Of a stretch of DNA of 64,000 nt, positions 21,622-30,462 are shown piece after piece. The position numbers and the translations under genes were made by a program. Numbering within the stretch: position 1 is the first letter of the stretch; each line of letters starts with the position of its first letter. The notes beneath the pieces are model-generated. The model was not told where the DNA came from. It saw only the letters and a list, made by a program, of their open reading frames with translations, and searched no databases. Source of the DNA: a virus. The stretch spans positions 1-64,000 of the IMG/VR virus record IMGVR_UViG_3300018414_000007; one strand, given 5' to 3'.

Positions 21622-21817
21622 TCTTATTCTTTATGTAGTTTTCAACTCTTCTAGGTTTGACACCAAATACACCTAAATGATGTAATCTAATTGCTTGAAA
21701 TTCTCCTTGCTCCATAGTATCTCTAACAAATTCAAATTGAGATCTAATCACCCTTTCAATTACTTCTTCATCTAGATTATATTTACTCGCTAGAACTGTT
21801 AGTATCTTCTGATTCAT
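21602..21817 (-). CDS. HU/IHF-like small DNA-binding protein
   Basis: LASKYNL..EVIE.VIRSQF...IRLHHLGVF.VKP. Confidence 0.65.
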   Translation of the reverse strand: MNQKILTVLASKYNLDEEVIERVIRSQFEFVRDTMEQGEFQAIRLHHLGVFGVKPRRVENYIKNKNDRQSI

Positions 21818-22088
21818 TTTGATGTCTTTTAATATAATCTTTTAAATCAGTAAATGAAGTCTCTCCAATATGACTAATCATAAATGTAACTCTATTACCT
21901 TCTGAATCTACACAACTCTTCCAGATTCTTTTATAATCTATTCCTTTAGTAATTGCACTATATCCTAAGTATAAGTAATCTGTTTTACTTAATGGATAAA
22001 TAAGTGTATCATATTTTTTAGCATAAGGAGATTTCTTTTTTGCTGGTTTAAATCCAATGCTAATTATTTGTTCTCTTGTAATGGACAT
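21783..22088 (-). CDS. hypothetical protein
   Basis: ORF track, operon packing. Confidence 0.5.
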   Translation of the reverse strand: MSITREQIISIGFKPAKKKSPYAKKYDTLIYPLSKTDYLYLGYSAITKGIDYKRIWKSCVDSEGNRVTFMISHIGETSFTDLKDYIKRHQNESEDTNSSSE

Positions 22089-22089
22089 A

Positions 22090-22290
22090 TTAATCCTTTA
22101 ATTTAATTCTAAGTTTTAATGTATATTTATTATTCTTAACTATAATTTCTTTATCTAGAAACTCATAAGCATCTTCTCTATCTAGATAATTAGTAAGAGT
22201 CTTAATCATAGTATTCTCTCTATCAAATAACTCATCAAGTGAATTGTAACTAATTGTTATTATTTTTATATATTCTTTTGTATCTTCCAT
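22090..22290 (-). CDS. hypothetical protein
   Basis: ORF track, operon packing. Confidence 0.45.
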   Translation of the reverse strand: MEDTKEYIKIITISYNSLDELFDRENTMIKTLTNYLDREDAYEFLDKEIIVKNNKYTLKLRIKLKD

Positions 22291-22292
22291 TA

Positions 22293-22682
22293 TTAATCTT
22301 GTATTGTAAATTTAAATTCATTAATATACTCTGTACCTACCTCTGGTATCTGTACAAATAATCTAGGATTAATTGTAAGAGCTCTTACATTATCATCTGT
22401 TTCTCTTTTAACAAATACACCTTTATCTGTTAAAGATTTGATGTAGTTATTTAAATTATAGATAGAAATGCCCAATGCCTCTGCTATGATTTTACGGTTA
22501 GCAGAGGAGAAGGTAATAGCTTCTTGTTGATTGGGTGTCAACTCATTGGGAAGACTAGCTAGTGTATTTGTGAAGTGCACTAAGATTGCTAGTTCTTGTT
22601 TGGATAGATTGAGTATAAAGTTTATTGATTTGTAGAAATTTGTATAAAAATCTTTTCTACTAATTGTTTTTTTAAATATCAT
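22293..22682 (-). CDS. winged-HTH (RepL-like) DNA-binding protein
   Basis: NRKIIAEALGISIYNLNNYIKSLTDKG..INP. Confidence 0.65.
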   Translation of the reverse strand: MIFKKTISRKDFYTNFYKSINFILNLSKQELAILVHFTNTLASLPNELTPNQQEAITFSSANRKIIAEALGISIYNLNNYIKSLTDKGVFVKRETDDNVRALTINPRLFVQIPEVGTEYINEFKFTIQD

Positions 22683-22700
22683 ATTTATATTTTAACTTTG

Positions 22701-22774
22701 TAGCGGGAGTTTGACTCGAACAAACAATACTTAGGATAATGAAACCTACCAGCCTACCCAGGCTTGTTCCCGCA
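22701..22774 (-). tRNA. degenerate tRNA with CAU anticodon (Met/fMet-like)
   Basis: Minus strand: GCGGGA/TCCCGC acceptor with unpaired 1:72, AGCC/GGCT D-stem, TAGG/CCTA anticodon stem around TTCATTA, GTTTG-TTCGAGT-CAAAC T-arm. Confidence 0.7.
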
Positions 22775-22935
22775 ATATTTAAAGTAAGCTCCTGCTCCTG
22801 GATAAAGGAATTAAGCAGTATTTGCTGCACTTACTTATTAATTTTATTTATCTTTCTTTAGACCTGTGTATAATGCTAGTATAAATAAACCTCCACCTAC
22901 TCCAACAAATACACACAGTTCTAAAAGATGTTCCA

Positions 22936-23217
22936 TTACAAATTTTCTATTAGTTCAATTAATTTCTTTTCAGCTCTTTCTCTAGCTTTATCCATTAAAA
23001 TTGGAACTTGGGTATTACCTAAGAATTTTTTCTTCCCAATATTAATTGGATCTGATTCATATTCTGGCATAAGTATCATTGTACCTAATGCTTTAACTAC
23101 TGCTTCAACTTCTTGTGGAGATGAGTGTCTTATATAATTTGATGGTACTGTTCCTTGGTATACACCACTAAATGAATCACTTTTCATACTTTCTATTGCT
23201 ATTTCTTTTCCTGCCAT
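22936..23217 (-). CDS. hypothetical protein
   Basis: ORF track. Confidence 0.5.
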   Translation of the reverse strand: MAGKEIAIESMKSDSFSGVYQGTVPSNYIRHSSPQEVEAVVKALGTMILMPEYESDPINIGKKKFLGNTQVPILMDKARERAEKKLIELIENL

Positions 23218-23298
23218 AATTCTTCTTTTAAATCTTCTAAGAATTTCTTCTTAGCTTTTTCTGTTTTTAATTCTAAATATATATCTAATTCTTTATCT

Positions 23299-23880
23299 TT
23301 AAGCAATCTCTTTGAGTGGTAAACCACTTTGTTTTCTAACTTCATCTACTGTTACTAAGTACTGAATGTACTTCTTTTTATTTACATCTGCTGTATTAGG
23401 CATTAAATAAGCTTGTATAATATCATTACCAAACTTAATTACTTTCCAACAGAATGTAGGTATAACAAACTTACTCTCTATTAATCCTTGATTACCAAAA
23501 CTACCACACCATACTTCTACTTGTTTATCTTCTAATGCTAGAGCTCTAGTATCTTCTTCTAAAGCTTTCCAAGTAATCCTATTTAAGTGAGGATGTTGAG
23601 GAGCCATATTAGTATAATAGAAAGATTCATCTTCGTCTTCTTTATTATCTTCACTATCCTTTGCAGGACAATTATGACCTCTATCCCATTCACTACTATT
23701 CCATACTTGATCTACTTCTTGTAGTTCTGGATCAGCTTTAAAGTCATCTGCTCTTTCTACACTTGTAGAACCAGGAGTTAGCTCTTCTTTAGTTTCTATC
23801 CAATGTACTAATATAGGATAATGCAGATCAGTATCATAGTTAGTAGTATAATGATTATGTTGTATTATTACTATTCCCAT
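23299..23880 (-). CDS. DNA/RNA non-specific endonuclease (NucA/EndoG-type)
   Basis: WDRGHNCPA, SFYYTNMAPQHPHLNRITWKALE, IPTFCWKVI. Confidence 0.9.
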   Translation of the reverse strand: MGIVIIQHNHYTTNYDTDLHYPILVHWIETKEELTPGSTSVERADDFKADPELQEVDQVWNSSEWDRGHNCPAKDSEDNKEDEDESFYYTNMAPQHPHLNRITWKALEEDTRALALEDKQVEVWCGSFGNQGLIESKFVIPTFCWKVIKFGNDIIQAYLMPNTADVNKKKYIQYLVTVDEVRKQSGLPLKEIA

Positions 23881-23881
23881 A

Positions 23882-24505
23882 TTATAATTTACTTAAGTCT
23901 GTACCATTAAAATAATCTAAATCAAACTCACCACCTATTTCTTTACCATCAATAGTACCATACTGACTATACTGCCAGAAATCCCATTTAGAATAACCTT
24001 TAGGTAATCCAGGTTCAGTCTTTTGATAAGAAGCTAACCATAGATAGTTATTAGGCCAAGCCATATTATTTAGATACTCAGCAAAGAAGTTTTTATAACT
24101 ATAGATAACTACTTTCCTTTTTGTTGCTGCTTGTACTAAATCTATCCATTCATCTATTAATTGGATGAATCCTTGTTTATTTTTAGTTATTTCAATATTT
24201 AAATCTGCTGGTACTTGATCTTCTACATCTAGCATAGGAGGAAGTACATTTGGTTTAGAGAAATCAATATCTAAACTTAAGAAGTTATCAGCTTGAGATT
24301 TAGCATCTGCATTAACTGTTAAGAAGTGATAAGCTCCTCTATATATATCTTTAGTCTTTAAGTATTGCCAATAAGTATTAAACTTAGGATCTCTAAAACC
24401 ATTTCCTTGTGTAGCTTTACAATAGACAAACTTAATGTTTGGATCCAGCTTAGTAAAGTCTACTGTATTATTGTGACTAATGTCTATTCCTTTTATATAA
24501 CTCAT
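23882..24505 (-). CDS. GH25 muramidase endolysin
   Basis: GIDISHNN, KATQG, RGAYHF, LPPMLDVED, FWQYS, DLDYF. Confidence 0.92.
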   Translation of the reverse strand: MSYIKGIDISHNNTVDFTKLDPNIKFVYCKATQGNGFRDPKFNTYWQYLKTKDIYRGAYHFLTVNADAKSQADNFLSLDIDFSKPNVLPPMLDVEDQVPADLNIEITKNKQGFIQLIDEWIDLVQAATKRKVVIYSYKNFFAEYLNNMAWPNNYLWLASYQKTEPGLPKGYSKWDFWQYSQYGTIDGKEIGGEFDLDYFNGTDLSKL

Positions 24506-24683
24506 ATTACTCTTTTATTCCATATTTTTCTTCTGCAATCTTTTTAAATCTTTCTACTAACTCTGTATCAGTAGGATTTAAACTCTCTTGCTTCTTTAGT
24601 ATCTCTTGCATATAAGCTAGAGCTCTACCATTACTCCTTAACTGACTTTTACCTCTAGTCTTTCCAAATAAATTTCTACTCAC

Positions 24684-24890
24684 CTAATTAATTATAAAAT
24701 CTTTATATCTTTTTCTAACTATATCTGAAGCTTTCTTTTCAGACATCTTAGAAGCATTCATTAAATCTATTACCTCATTATCATAACTCTGATAGATTCC
24801 TAGAAGTTGATTAATAATAATATTCATATCATAATCATTTATAGGAAGATTCTCATTCTTCATAACAAGATAGAATCCATCTTGAATCAT
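24684..24890 (-). CDS. hypothetical protein
   Basis: ORF track. Confidence 0.4.
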   Translation of the reverse strand: MIQDGFYLVMKNENLPINDYDMNIIINQLLGIYQSYDNEVIDLMNASKMSEKKASDIVRKRYKDFIIN

Positions 24891-25267
24891 TATACTAGTC
24901 TACAAGGTATATCCAAATCTTCACTAAGGTAATAAGCAGCACATACTCTATGATATCCATCTGCAATAATTAAAGTATCATTAGAACCTCTTACTAACAG
25001 TACTGGTGATAACTTCTTACCTTTATTTACCTTCTTTATATTCTCTTTAACATGTTGATTAGAACTAGGTAGCAATTCTAGCTTACTAGCTCTTAGTATA
25101 TCTTTAGCTTTCTTCTTTATAGTTCTAGTAGTCTTAAGATACTCAACAATTACATCTACAACTTCAGATTCTTTAATTAACTCTAAATAATCTGCAGCAG
25201 CAGGATAATCATGTTCCTCTGGGTCTTTTAACCAAATACTTTTATTCCTTTTTAATTCCTTTGACAT
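24890..25267 (-). CDS. stand-alone ParB/sulfiredoxin-like domain protein
   Basis: SPVLLV....LIIADGYHRVCAA. Confidence 0.75.
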   Translation of the reverse strand: MSKELKRNKSIWLKDPEEHDYPAAADYLELIKESEVVDVIVEYLKTTRTIKKKAKDILRASKLELLPSSNQHVKENIKKVNKGKKLSPVLLVRGSNDTLIIADGYHRVCAAYYLSEDLDIPCRLV

Positions 25268-25400
25268 CTAATAATCTTTTTAAAAAATCTATCAACATAG
25301 ATCTTTCTATTTCCATTCTAGGAGATATATTACTATCACTAATAACAATATATTCTTTTTCTAGAATAACTTTATCATCTATACTTAATTTAATAATCAT
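25242..25400 (-). CDS. hypothetical small protein
   Basis: Likely start at MIIKLS, downstream of a structured leader. Confidence 0.35.
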   Translation of the reverse strand: MIIKLSIDDKVILEKEYIVISDSNISPRMEIERSMLIDFLKRLLDVKGIKKE

Positions 25401-25566
25401 AATATTAATAATAGAGAGGTTTCCCCATTTATAGGACAACCTTGGCTTAACTAGTCTTAGAAGCAGTCATACCTCTCAAAACCCATAATGATTGGGGCAT
25501 CTCTATCAACCTTTTAGCCTTATTCCAATCCAACTAATCCTAGTTAAGTTGCTCTTTATATAAGTA

Positions 25567-25598
25567 CAAATGTAAGTAAAATAAATGACAATTCCAAA
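25567..25598 (-). promoter_or_regulatory. Bacteroidota-type promoter
   Basis: TTTG-N20-TACATTTG on minus strand. Confidence 0.8.
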
Positions 25599-25599
25599 T

Positions 25600-25977
25600 T
25601 TATTTTATTATATTTTTATTATATTCTAATAGAACTGTTTTATCTATTATATTAATCATCCAGTCTAATAACTCAAATGGTTCTACACATTCTTCTATAA
25701 ATAAAACTCTAGGCAGTATACCATTTAATCTATCTTCTTTCCACATTTTAATATGAAGATTAATACTACCCTTTGTTTTTAAAAGTGTTCTTAGTAAATT
25801 AGGATGTTTAGTAGGCTTTAACTTTCCTTGTGAATCAAATAAAAAGAAAGCCTTTTTACCATCTATTCCTTTAGTATCATACTCTATATCTCTATCTAAT
25901 CTACCATCAAAATCAAATGTGTGTCTAAACTTTAAATACCAATTAAAGTCTCTATTGAAGTTATCACTATACTTCAT
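25600..25977 (-). CDS. hypothetical protein
   Basis: ORF track; first gene downstream of the 26106-26137 promoter. Confidence 0.6.
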   Translation of the reverse strand: MKYSDNFNRDFNWYLKFRHTFDFDGRLDRDIEYDTKGIDGKKAFFLFDSQGKLKPTKHPNLLRTLLKTKGSINLHIKMWKEDRLNGILPRVLFIEECVEPFELLDWMINIIDKTVLLEYNKNIIK

Positions 25978-26105
25978 AAAAAATTTTAAAAATTTTAAAA
26001 AAATGTTTGTGGTTAATCTTTATATCTACCCTATTATCATTACCCCATCCTAACATTTGACCTGATTATACCGGGTTGTTTCTTATTAGGTGGAAGTGAT
26101 TTCTG

Positions 26106-26137
26106 CAAATATAAGAATTCTTTTTTACAATTGCAAA
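26106..26137 (-). promoter_or_regulatory. Bacteroidota-type leftward promoter at strand switch
   Basis: TTTG-N20-TATATTTG on minus strand. Confidence 0.8.
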
Positions 26138-26172
26138 TTAATCAATTAAATAATTACTCAAACATTAAACAC

Positions 26173-26490
26173 ATGAACAAGATTAAATCTTTATTTGTTT
26201 TCAACAAGGTTGATAACAATGGTAATGCAAGGACAGTTGCTTGCATCAATGGTGATACATTCATCAATGCTAAATGGTTAGCAAGTCAAACTGAATTAAC
26301 TATTGCTTCATTACCACTATTGGTAGGTAGTAGCATAGAAGTTGAATACTTTGTTGAAGGTGAAGTATTGCAAGCTGCAGAAGGTGATATAGCTGAAAAG
26401 CTTTGCACCAAGAATAATACTATAGTTAAAAGCTTTAGTGTTGAGTACAGCATTGCACTTACAGTTGCTAAAATGTATAAAGCTGCATAA
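26173..26490 (+). CDS. hypothetical early protein
   Basis: ATG 26173 after A-rich leader; first plus-strand gene. Confidence 0.65.
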   Translation: MNKIKSLFVFNKVDNNGNARTVACINGDTFINAKWLASQTELTIASLPLLVGSSIEVEYFVEGEVLQAAEGDIAEKLCTKNNTIVKSFSVEYSIALTVAKMYKAA

Positions 26491-26608
26491 TGATGCAATT
26501 AACATTAGGAATAAGTGTCATAGTGATGCTTATTCCTATTATACTTGCAATCAAGGATGAGAGAAAAGACAAACAGTCTAAATGGTATAAAGAGAATAGA
26601 TGATTAAA

Positions 26609-26716
26609 TAAACTAAAGGTAAGCATAAAGGTTAAAGTTAGCTCTGCACTAAAGTAGCTAATTAGGTATCTAACTGCTGGTATTCTCGATGAATACTATT
26701 GCTTATCTTTAGTTTA
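26609..26716 (+). ncRNA. candidate structured RNA (17-bp closing stem with three inner hairpins)
   Basis: TAAACTAAAGGTAAGCA / TGCTTATCTTTAGTTTA enclosing TTAGCT/AGCTAA, TTAG/CTAA and GTATTC/GAATAC. Confidence 0.5.
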
Positions 26717-26816
26717 ATATCTTATGTAAAAGAGTGTTAATTGAGTACTCTCTATCTCTCAGCACTATTTCTCACTAATCAACTTATCAGTTAACTTACA
26801 CTAATTCATTATTATT

Positions 26817-27110
26817 ATGGCTAATCAAGAGTTTAATCCTTCTGAAAATAGTATAATATTACTATCAGTTTTAAAGTATATTACAGGTGAAGTTGTTCAA
26901 ATAAATAGAACAAATAGAACAATTTACCTTAGTAATAACACTCATTGGAATGCTCATACATTTCATCAAAACGTTCAATTATTAAGAATGTTTATGAATA
27001 GAGAAATATCTATTGACCCAACTATACAATTAATGCAAAATGCAGTAAAGTCAACAATAGATGCTATGAAAAAGCAATGTCCAATGAAAGTTATATCTTT
27101 AATAAAATAA
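26817..27110 (+). CDS. hypothetical protein
   Basis: ORF track, A/T-rich leader. Confidence 0.5.
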   Translation: MANQEFNPSENSIILLSVLKYITGEVVQINRTNRTIYLSNNTHWNAHTFHQNVQLLRMFMNREISIDPTIQLMQNAVKSTIDAMKKQCPMKVISLIK

Positions 27111-27265
27111 ATATATTACTTCCTAATGGTAAATACAAAGGACAATCTGTTTCTTATGTATATTCAATTCATCCAAGCTATATTAAATGGTATTTTGACC
27201 ATGTTAAAGAGCTTAATGAATTCATTGAATTGCAAAGAAAATACGACAGTAAACAAGGTGATTAA
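27077..27265 (+). CDS. small ExoX-C-terminal-like (GKYKG..P.YI.W) domain protein
   Basis: GKYKGQSVSYVYSIHPSYIKW motif. Confidence 0.55.
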   Translation: MSNESYIFNKINILLPNGKYKGQSVSYVYSIHPSYIKWYFDHVKELNEFIELQRKYDSKQGD

Positions 27266-27314
27266 TTTCGCCTTTAACTAATCATTTTATTAACCTATTT
27301 TAATTATCAGCATT

Positions 27315-27506
27315 ATGTACCTTTTATTACTCCTAATAATACTATCAGTAATACTCTTTTACTTAGTATTTAAGACAAACAAGATTAAAAAGTCTTATCA
27401 ATATAATAATTATAAGATTGATAAGGCTAAGAATACACCTGTTTATACAAAGACTAAAGACCTTTGTAGAAGAGGAATGCATCATTCATTTAAGTTTAAA
27501 TACTAA
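27315..27506 (+). CDS. small membrane-anchored protein
   Basis: N-terminal TM, basic tail. Confidence 0.5.
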   Translation: MYLLLLLIILSVILFYLVFKTNKIKKSYQYNNYKIDKAKNTPVYTKTKDLCRRGMHHSFKFKY

Positions 27507-27510
27507 ACTT

Positions 27511-27702
27511 ATGGCAAGACAAGAATTACATAAATGTTCTATATGTGGTAAAACATATGATATTCAAAAACATGAGTTTTGTCCTAAGTGTGGAGAAAAT
27601 GAAAAAGAATGGAAAAAAACACATTCAATGCTTAGTAATTTGAGTAATAACTTCATTGATGAAATGGAGTCTTTTCATGGATTTCAAGAAGTATTTGATT
27701 AA
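27511..27702 (+). CDS. small zinc-ribbon protein
   Basis: CSICG...CPKCG; start at MARQEL. Confidence 0.6.
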   Translation: MARQELHKCSICGKTYDIQKHEFCPKCGENEKEWKKTHSMLSNLSNNFIDEMESFHGFQEVFD

Positions 27703-27988
27703 AATACTACAAAGAACTTTATAAATTACATTCAGATTTTTCAATTACTACTGGTAGTAAGTATAATTGAAATTAGAGAGAGTAGTTTATATTGAATAGG
27801 ATTCTAAAGTTGATTATACAGTCTTAAGTAGACTTAGACTACAAACTTCTTGCCTATTATTTAAATGCATAACACGATAAAGAGGAATAATAAACTATCT
27901 AGTTAATAACCAATTGCAACAGGTGAAAACTAAAAGGATGTGATAGCAGCCTCTTTATTAAATTAAATTGAAATCAAATTAAATAACT

Positions 27989-28126
27989 ATGATACCTACA
28001 GTAATACTTTTAATTATTCTATTTGCATTGTTAATCAATATCTGTACAAATACAGATTGGAAACAAGAGAATGAAGATTTAATAACTATTTGGAAATGGT
28101 TATTTAAATCAAAAATATTGAAATAG
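27989..28126 (+). CDS. 45-aa membrane peptide
   Basis: Manually translated MIPTVILLIILFALLINIC...; repeated leader motif upstream. Confidence 0.5.
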   Translation: MIPTVILLIILFALLINICTNTDWKQENEDLITIWKWLFKSKILK

Positions 28127-28419
28127 TATAGATAACAATGCTTCTCAATTAGGCACGGTTAATTGAGTATACTATTTTAAAGAACTTCATTTAACTCTTC
28201 AAACTTGTACAAAGGAGTTATCTTATAGAAGCAGAGATTAGTTGCAAATAATCTTTGCAGTACAAGTGTGGTGCACATCATCAAAACGAGAAAGAAAAGA
28301 TCATTTAAAAAAGACTATTATGTAGAAAACGGCATGAAGAGCCCTTAATAGTCGAAAACTTAGCTTGTGTGCAGAGCTATTTTATTAATTAATCAAACAA
28401 ATTACTCAAACTTAAAACT

Positions 28420-28557
28420 ATGCAAATAGAAATCTTTAACCATATTAGTCTAGGACAGGTATGGAATGTGAAACAGCGTGGAACTAAAATGTATTGTAGA
28501 ACTGTTTCAGATAATATACAATACAAAATTAATCTAATTGATTTAATTGATTACTAA
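28420..28557 (+). CDS. 45-aa hypothetical protein
   Basis: Manually translated MQIEIFNHISLGQVWNVK...; repeated leader TTAATCAA..TTACTCAAAC..AAACTATG. Confidence 0.5.
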   Translation: MQIEIFNHISLGQVWNVKQRGTKMYCRTVSDNIQYKINLIDLIDY

Positions 28558-28558
28558 T

Positions 28559-28777
28559 ATGTGGTATTTTGTTTTAATATGTATAGTAATATTTCAAGGA
28601 TATATTATTTATAAACAATACAGAATAATTCAGTTAGATAATAAATTACATGAATTAGCGGATCAATGTGCTGAATTAGCAGAATTATTCAGACCAAAAG
28701 ATAACTCATTACCAATAAAATCAACAGGATATTATAAAACTGATGAAAATGGTAAATTAATATTTGTTGAACATTAA
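28559..28777 (+). CDS. small membrane-anchored protein
   Basis: MWYFVLICIVIFQG TM; start 2 nt after previous stop. Confidence 0.5.
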   Translation: MWYFVLICIVIFQGYIIYKQYRIIQLDNKLHELADQCAELAELFRPKDNSLPIKSTGYYKTDENGKLIFVEH

Positions 28778-28877
28778 AATATTAAGGGTAATAGCATCGT
28801 TCTTTTCCATTTTGCGTTTTTGTGAACTTTTATTTAACATCTAAAAAGTCTATTACCCTTATTTAAAACTTAAAATT

Positions 28878-29063
28878 ATGGTATCAATAACAGTATTAAC
28901 AATAGGATTTTTATTCTTTCTATCCTATATATATTTAATGACAACTCCTACACCAAGAAAACATTGTGATAGATGTGGTAGAGAGTTAAAAGAAAGACAT
29001 TATGGAAATATCTATTATTGGATATGTCCTATTCATGGTATAAAAGAAACTAAAGTTAAATAA
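28878..29063 (+). CDS. membrane-anchored zinc-finger peptide
   Basis: TM helix, then CDRCG...CPIH. Confidence 0.55.
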   Translation: MVSITVLTIGFLFFLSYIYLMTTPTPRKHCDRCGRELKERHYGNIYYWICPIHGIKETKVK

Positions 29064-29064
29064 T

Positions 29065-29256
29065 ATGAAATGGTTTAAAGCAATAACAACAATTTTAATA
29101 CTTATATGTATTATGGTTGGAATCAATTGGTTTGTTATATCCATTAATAGTATTAAGCGAGGTATCAATAAACCAAGAATTGATACAGTATTAACTATAA
29201 GAACTATTAGACATTATAGAGATACTGATACAGTAATATTAAAACATTTAAATTAA
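29065..29256 (+). CDS. small membrane protein
   Basis: N-terminal TM; IDTV..DTV motif. Confidence 0.5.
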   Translation: MKWFKAITTILILICIMVGINWFVISINSIKRGINKPRIDTVLTIRTIRHYRDTDTVILKHLN

Positions 29257-29261
29257 ATTTA

Positions 29262-29465
29262 ATGGCATCAAAACAAGAACAATTAGAATTAGACTTTCTA
29301 AAAGTGAAAGTTAGAATTGTAAGAGATATTACTGATTGTTCTACATTTGAACAATTAGATGAATATATTCATAATGTAAACAAAATATTTGATATAACCT
29401 CATTCTTAGACAAAAATAAAGCGAGTCATAAAGAGATTGGTAATGTTGAAATATTAGAAGAATAG
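29262..29465 (+). CDS. hypothetical protein
   Basis: ORF track. Confidence 0.5.
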   Translation: MASKQEQLELDFLKVKVRIVRDITDCSTFEQLDEYIHNVNKIFDITSFLDKNKASHKEIGNVEILEE

Positions 29466-29626
29466 TAAAGATCCAGGGAAATACTGTATGGAAACAGTAT
29501 AATAGTAGGTGAAGGTTTCACCTTAAATGAAGTTATCTTGAAGAGACTAACGACTCTTTAAAGAGAATTAATCAGCCTACTATTATTATTTTAATTAATC
29601 AAATTTACTACTCTAAACAATAAACT

Positions 29627-29824
29627 ATGACAGATGAAATAGTACAATCAAATGTAAGAGCATATAATGTAGTCCAACAAGGATATAGTGATGATGCTTT
29701 AAAGGTAAGAGAGTCATTAGGTAAAGACTTTACTGATATTCTATTTAGGAAGTTGTGTACTTTATCTAAATTAGAAAGAATTGAAGTAATAACTAGTCTT
29801 TCTAAAGTTATTAACAAAATTTAA
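29627..29824 (+). CDS. hypothetical protein
   Basis: ORF track; repeated leader motif upstream. Confidence 0.55.
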   Translation: MTDEIVQSNVRAYNVVQQGYSDDALKVRESLGKDFTDILFRKLCTLSKLERIEVITSLSKVINKI

Positions 29825-29834
29825 CCAATTTATT

Positions 29835-30008
29835 ATGAAATATAAATATTTTATATATAATATAAATGGTACTTTATTATATGAATCAATGTGCTCATAT
29901 AAAGAACCATTAGCATTAAAATTAGCTGAAAAGCATTGTTTAATATCACAATTAAATGGTAATAAAGGTGCATATAGCAAATTAATGCCAGAAGGAATTG
30001 CAGTTTAG
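29835..30008 (+). CDS. 57-aa hypothetical protein
   Basis: Manually translated MKYKYFIYNINGTLLYES... Confidence 0.45.
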   Translation: MKYKYFIYNINGTLLYESMCSYKEPLALKLAEKHCLISQLNGNKGAYSKLMPEGIAV

Positions 30009-30009
30009 T

Positions 30010-30127
30010 TAGGAGTAATTACTGTAATTTGATTAGTTTTTAATATAGTGGGAGACAGTGGTGCAAAGCCATTCTTGCCAAGGTTGAAACCCAGTCTTGG
30101 TTAGTAGTATAACAGTTATTACGCCTA
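30010..30127 (+). ncRNA. candidate structured RNA
   Basis: 14/16-bp closing stem TAGGAGTAATTACTGT / ACAGTTATTACGCCTA; inner AGTGG-TGCAAAG-CCATT and CCAAG/CTTGG arms. Confidence 0.5.
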
Positions 30128-30341
30128 CTATATTATTTTATTTAGCTTACCTAACAATAATTATTATGAAACCAGAAAATTTTGCGATAGTGAATGGTGT
30201 AATAGTTTCAGATGAAGATGCAATCATTTGGGATTTTCAATAAATAGGATATAAGTATATATCCTGCATTTGTAAGCGTATTGGATGTATAAAATATCCC
30301 CTAAGATGATGGAACATAAACAGAACTATACGTATTCCCCA

Positions 30342-30462
30342 AGAATATAGTCCTTCTGTTAGGCAAACATGAGCATTTAGATTTAATGCTTGGGAACTAT
30401 AGGAAAATCTCGACGATATAACTATCCCTTGAAGGTTCGTACCCTTCTCTTAGGACTATTCT
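30342..30462 (+). ncRNA. tRNA-like cloverleaf RNA with very long variable arm
   Basis: TAGTCCT/AGGACTA, TGTT/AACA, GAGCATT/AATGCTT, GGGA..TATA/TATA..TCCC, GAAGG-TTCGTAC-CCTTC. Confidence 0.5.

Noticed and set aside
28331-28360. Hammerhead-like ATGAAGA...GAAA (and TTGAAGA near 29538)
   Set aside because: Core lacks CUGA, stem II is mismatched, and stems I and III cannot be built
30045-30082. Cobalamin riboswitch-like GGGAGA..GGTGCAAAGCC, tempting given the B12-dependent RNR
   Set aside because: No GCCACTG or B12-box elements; kept only as a generic structured RNA
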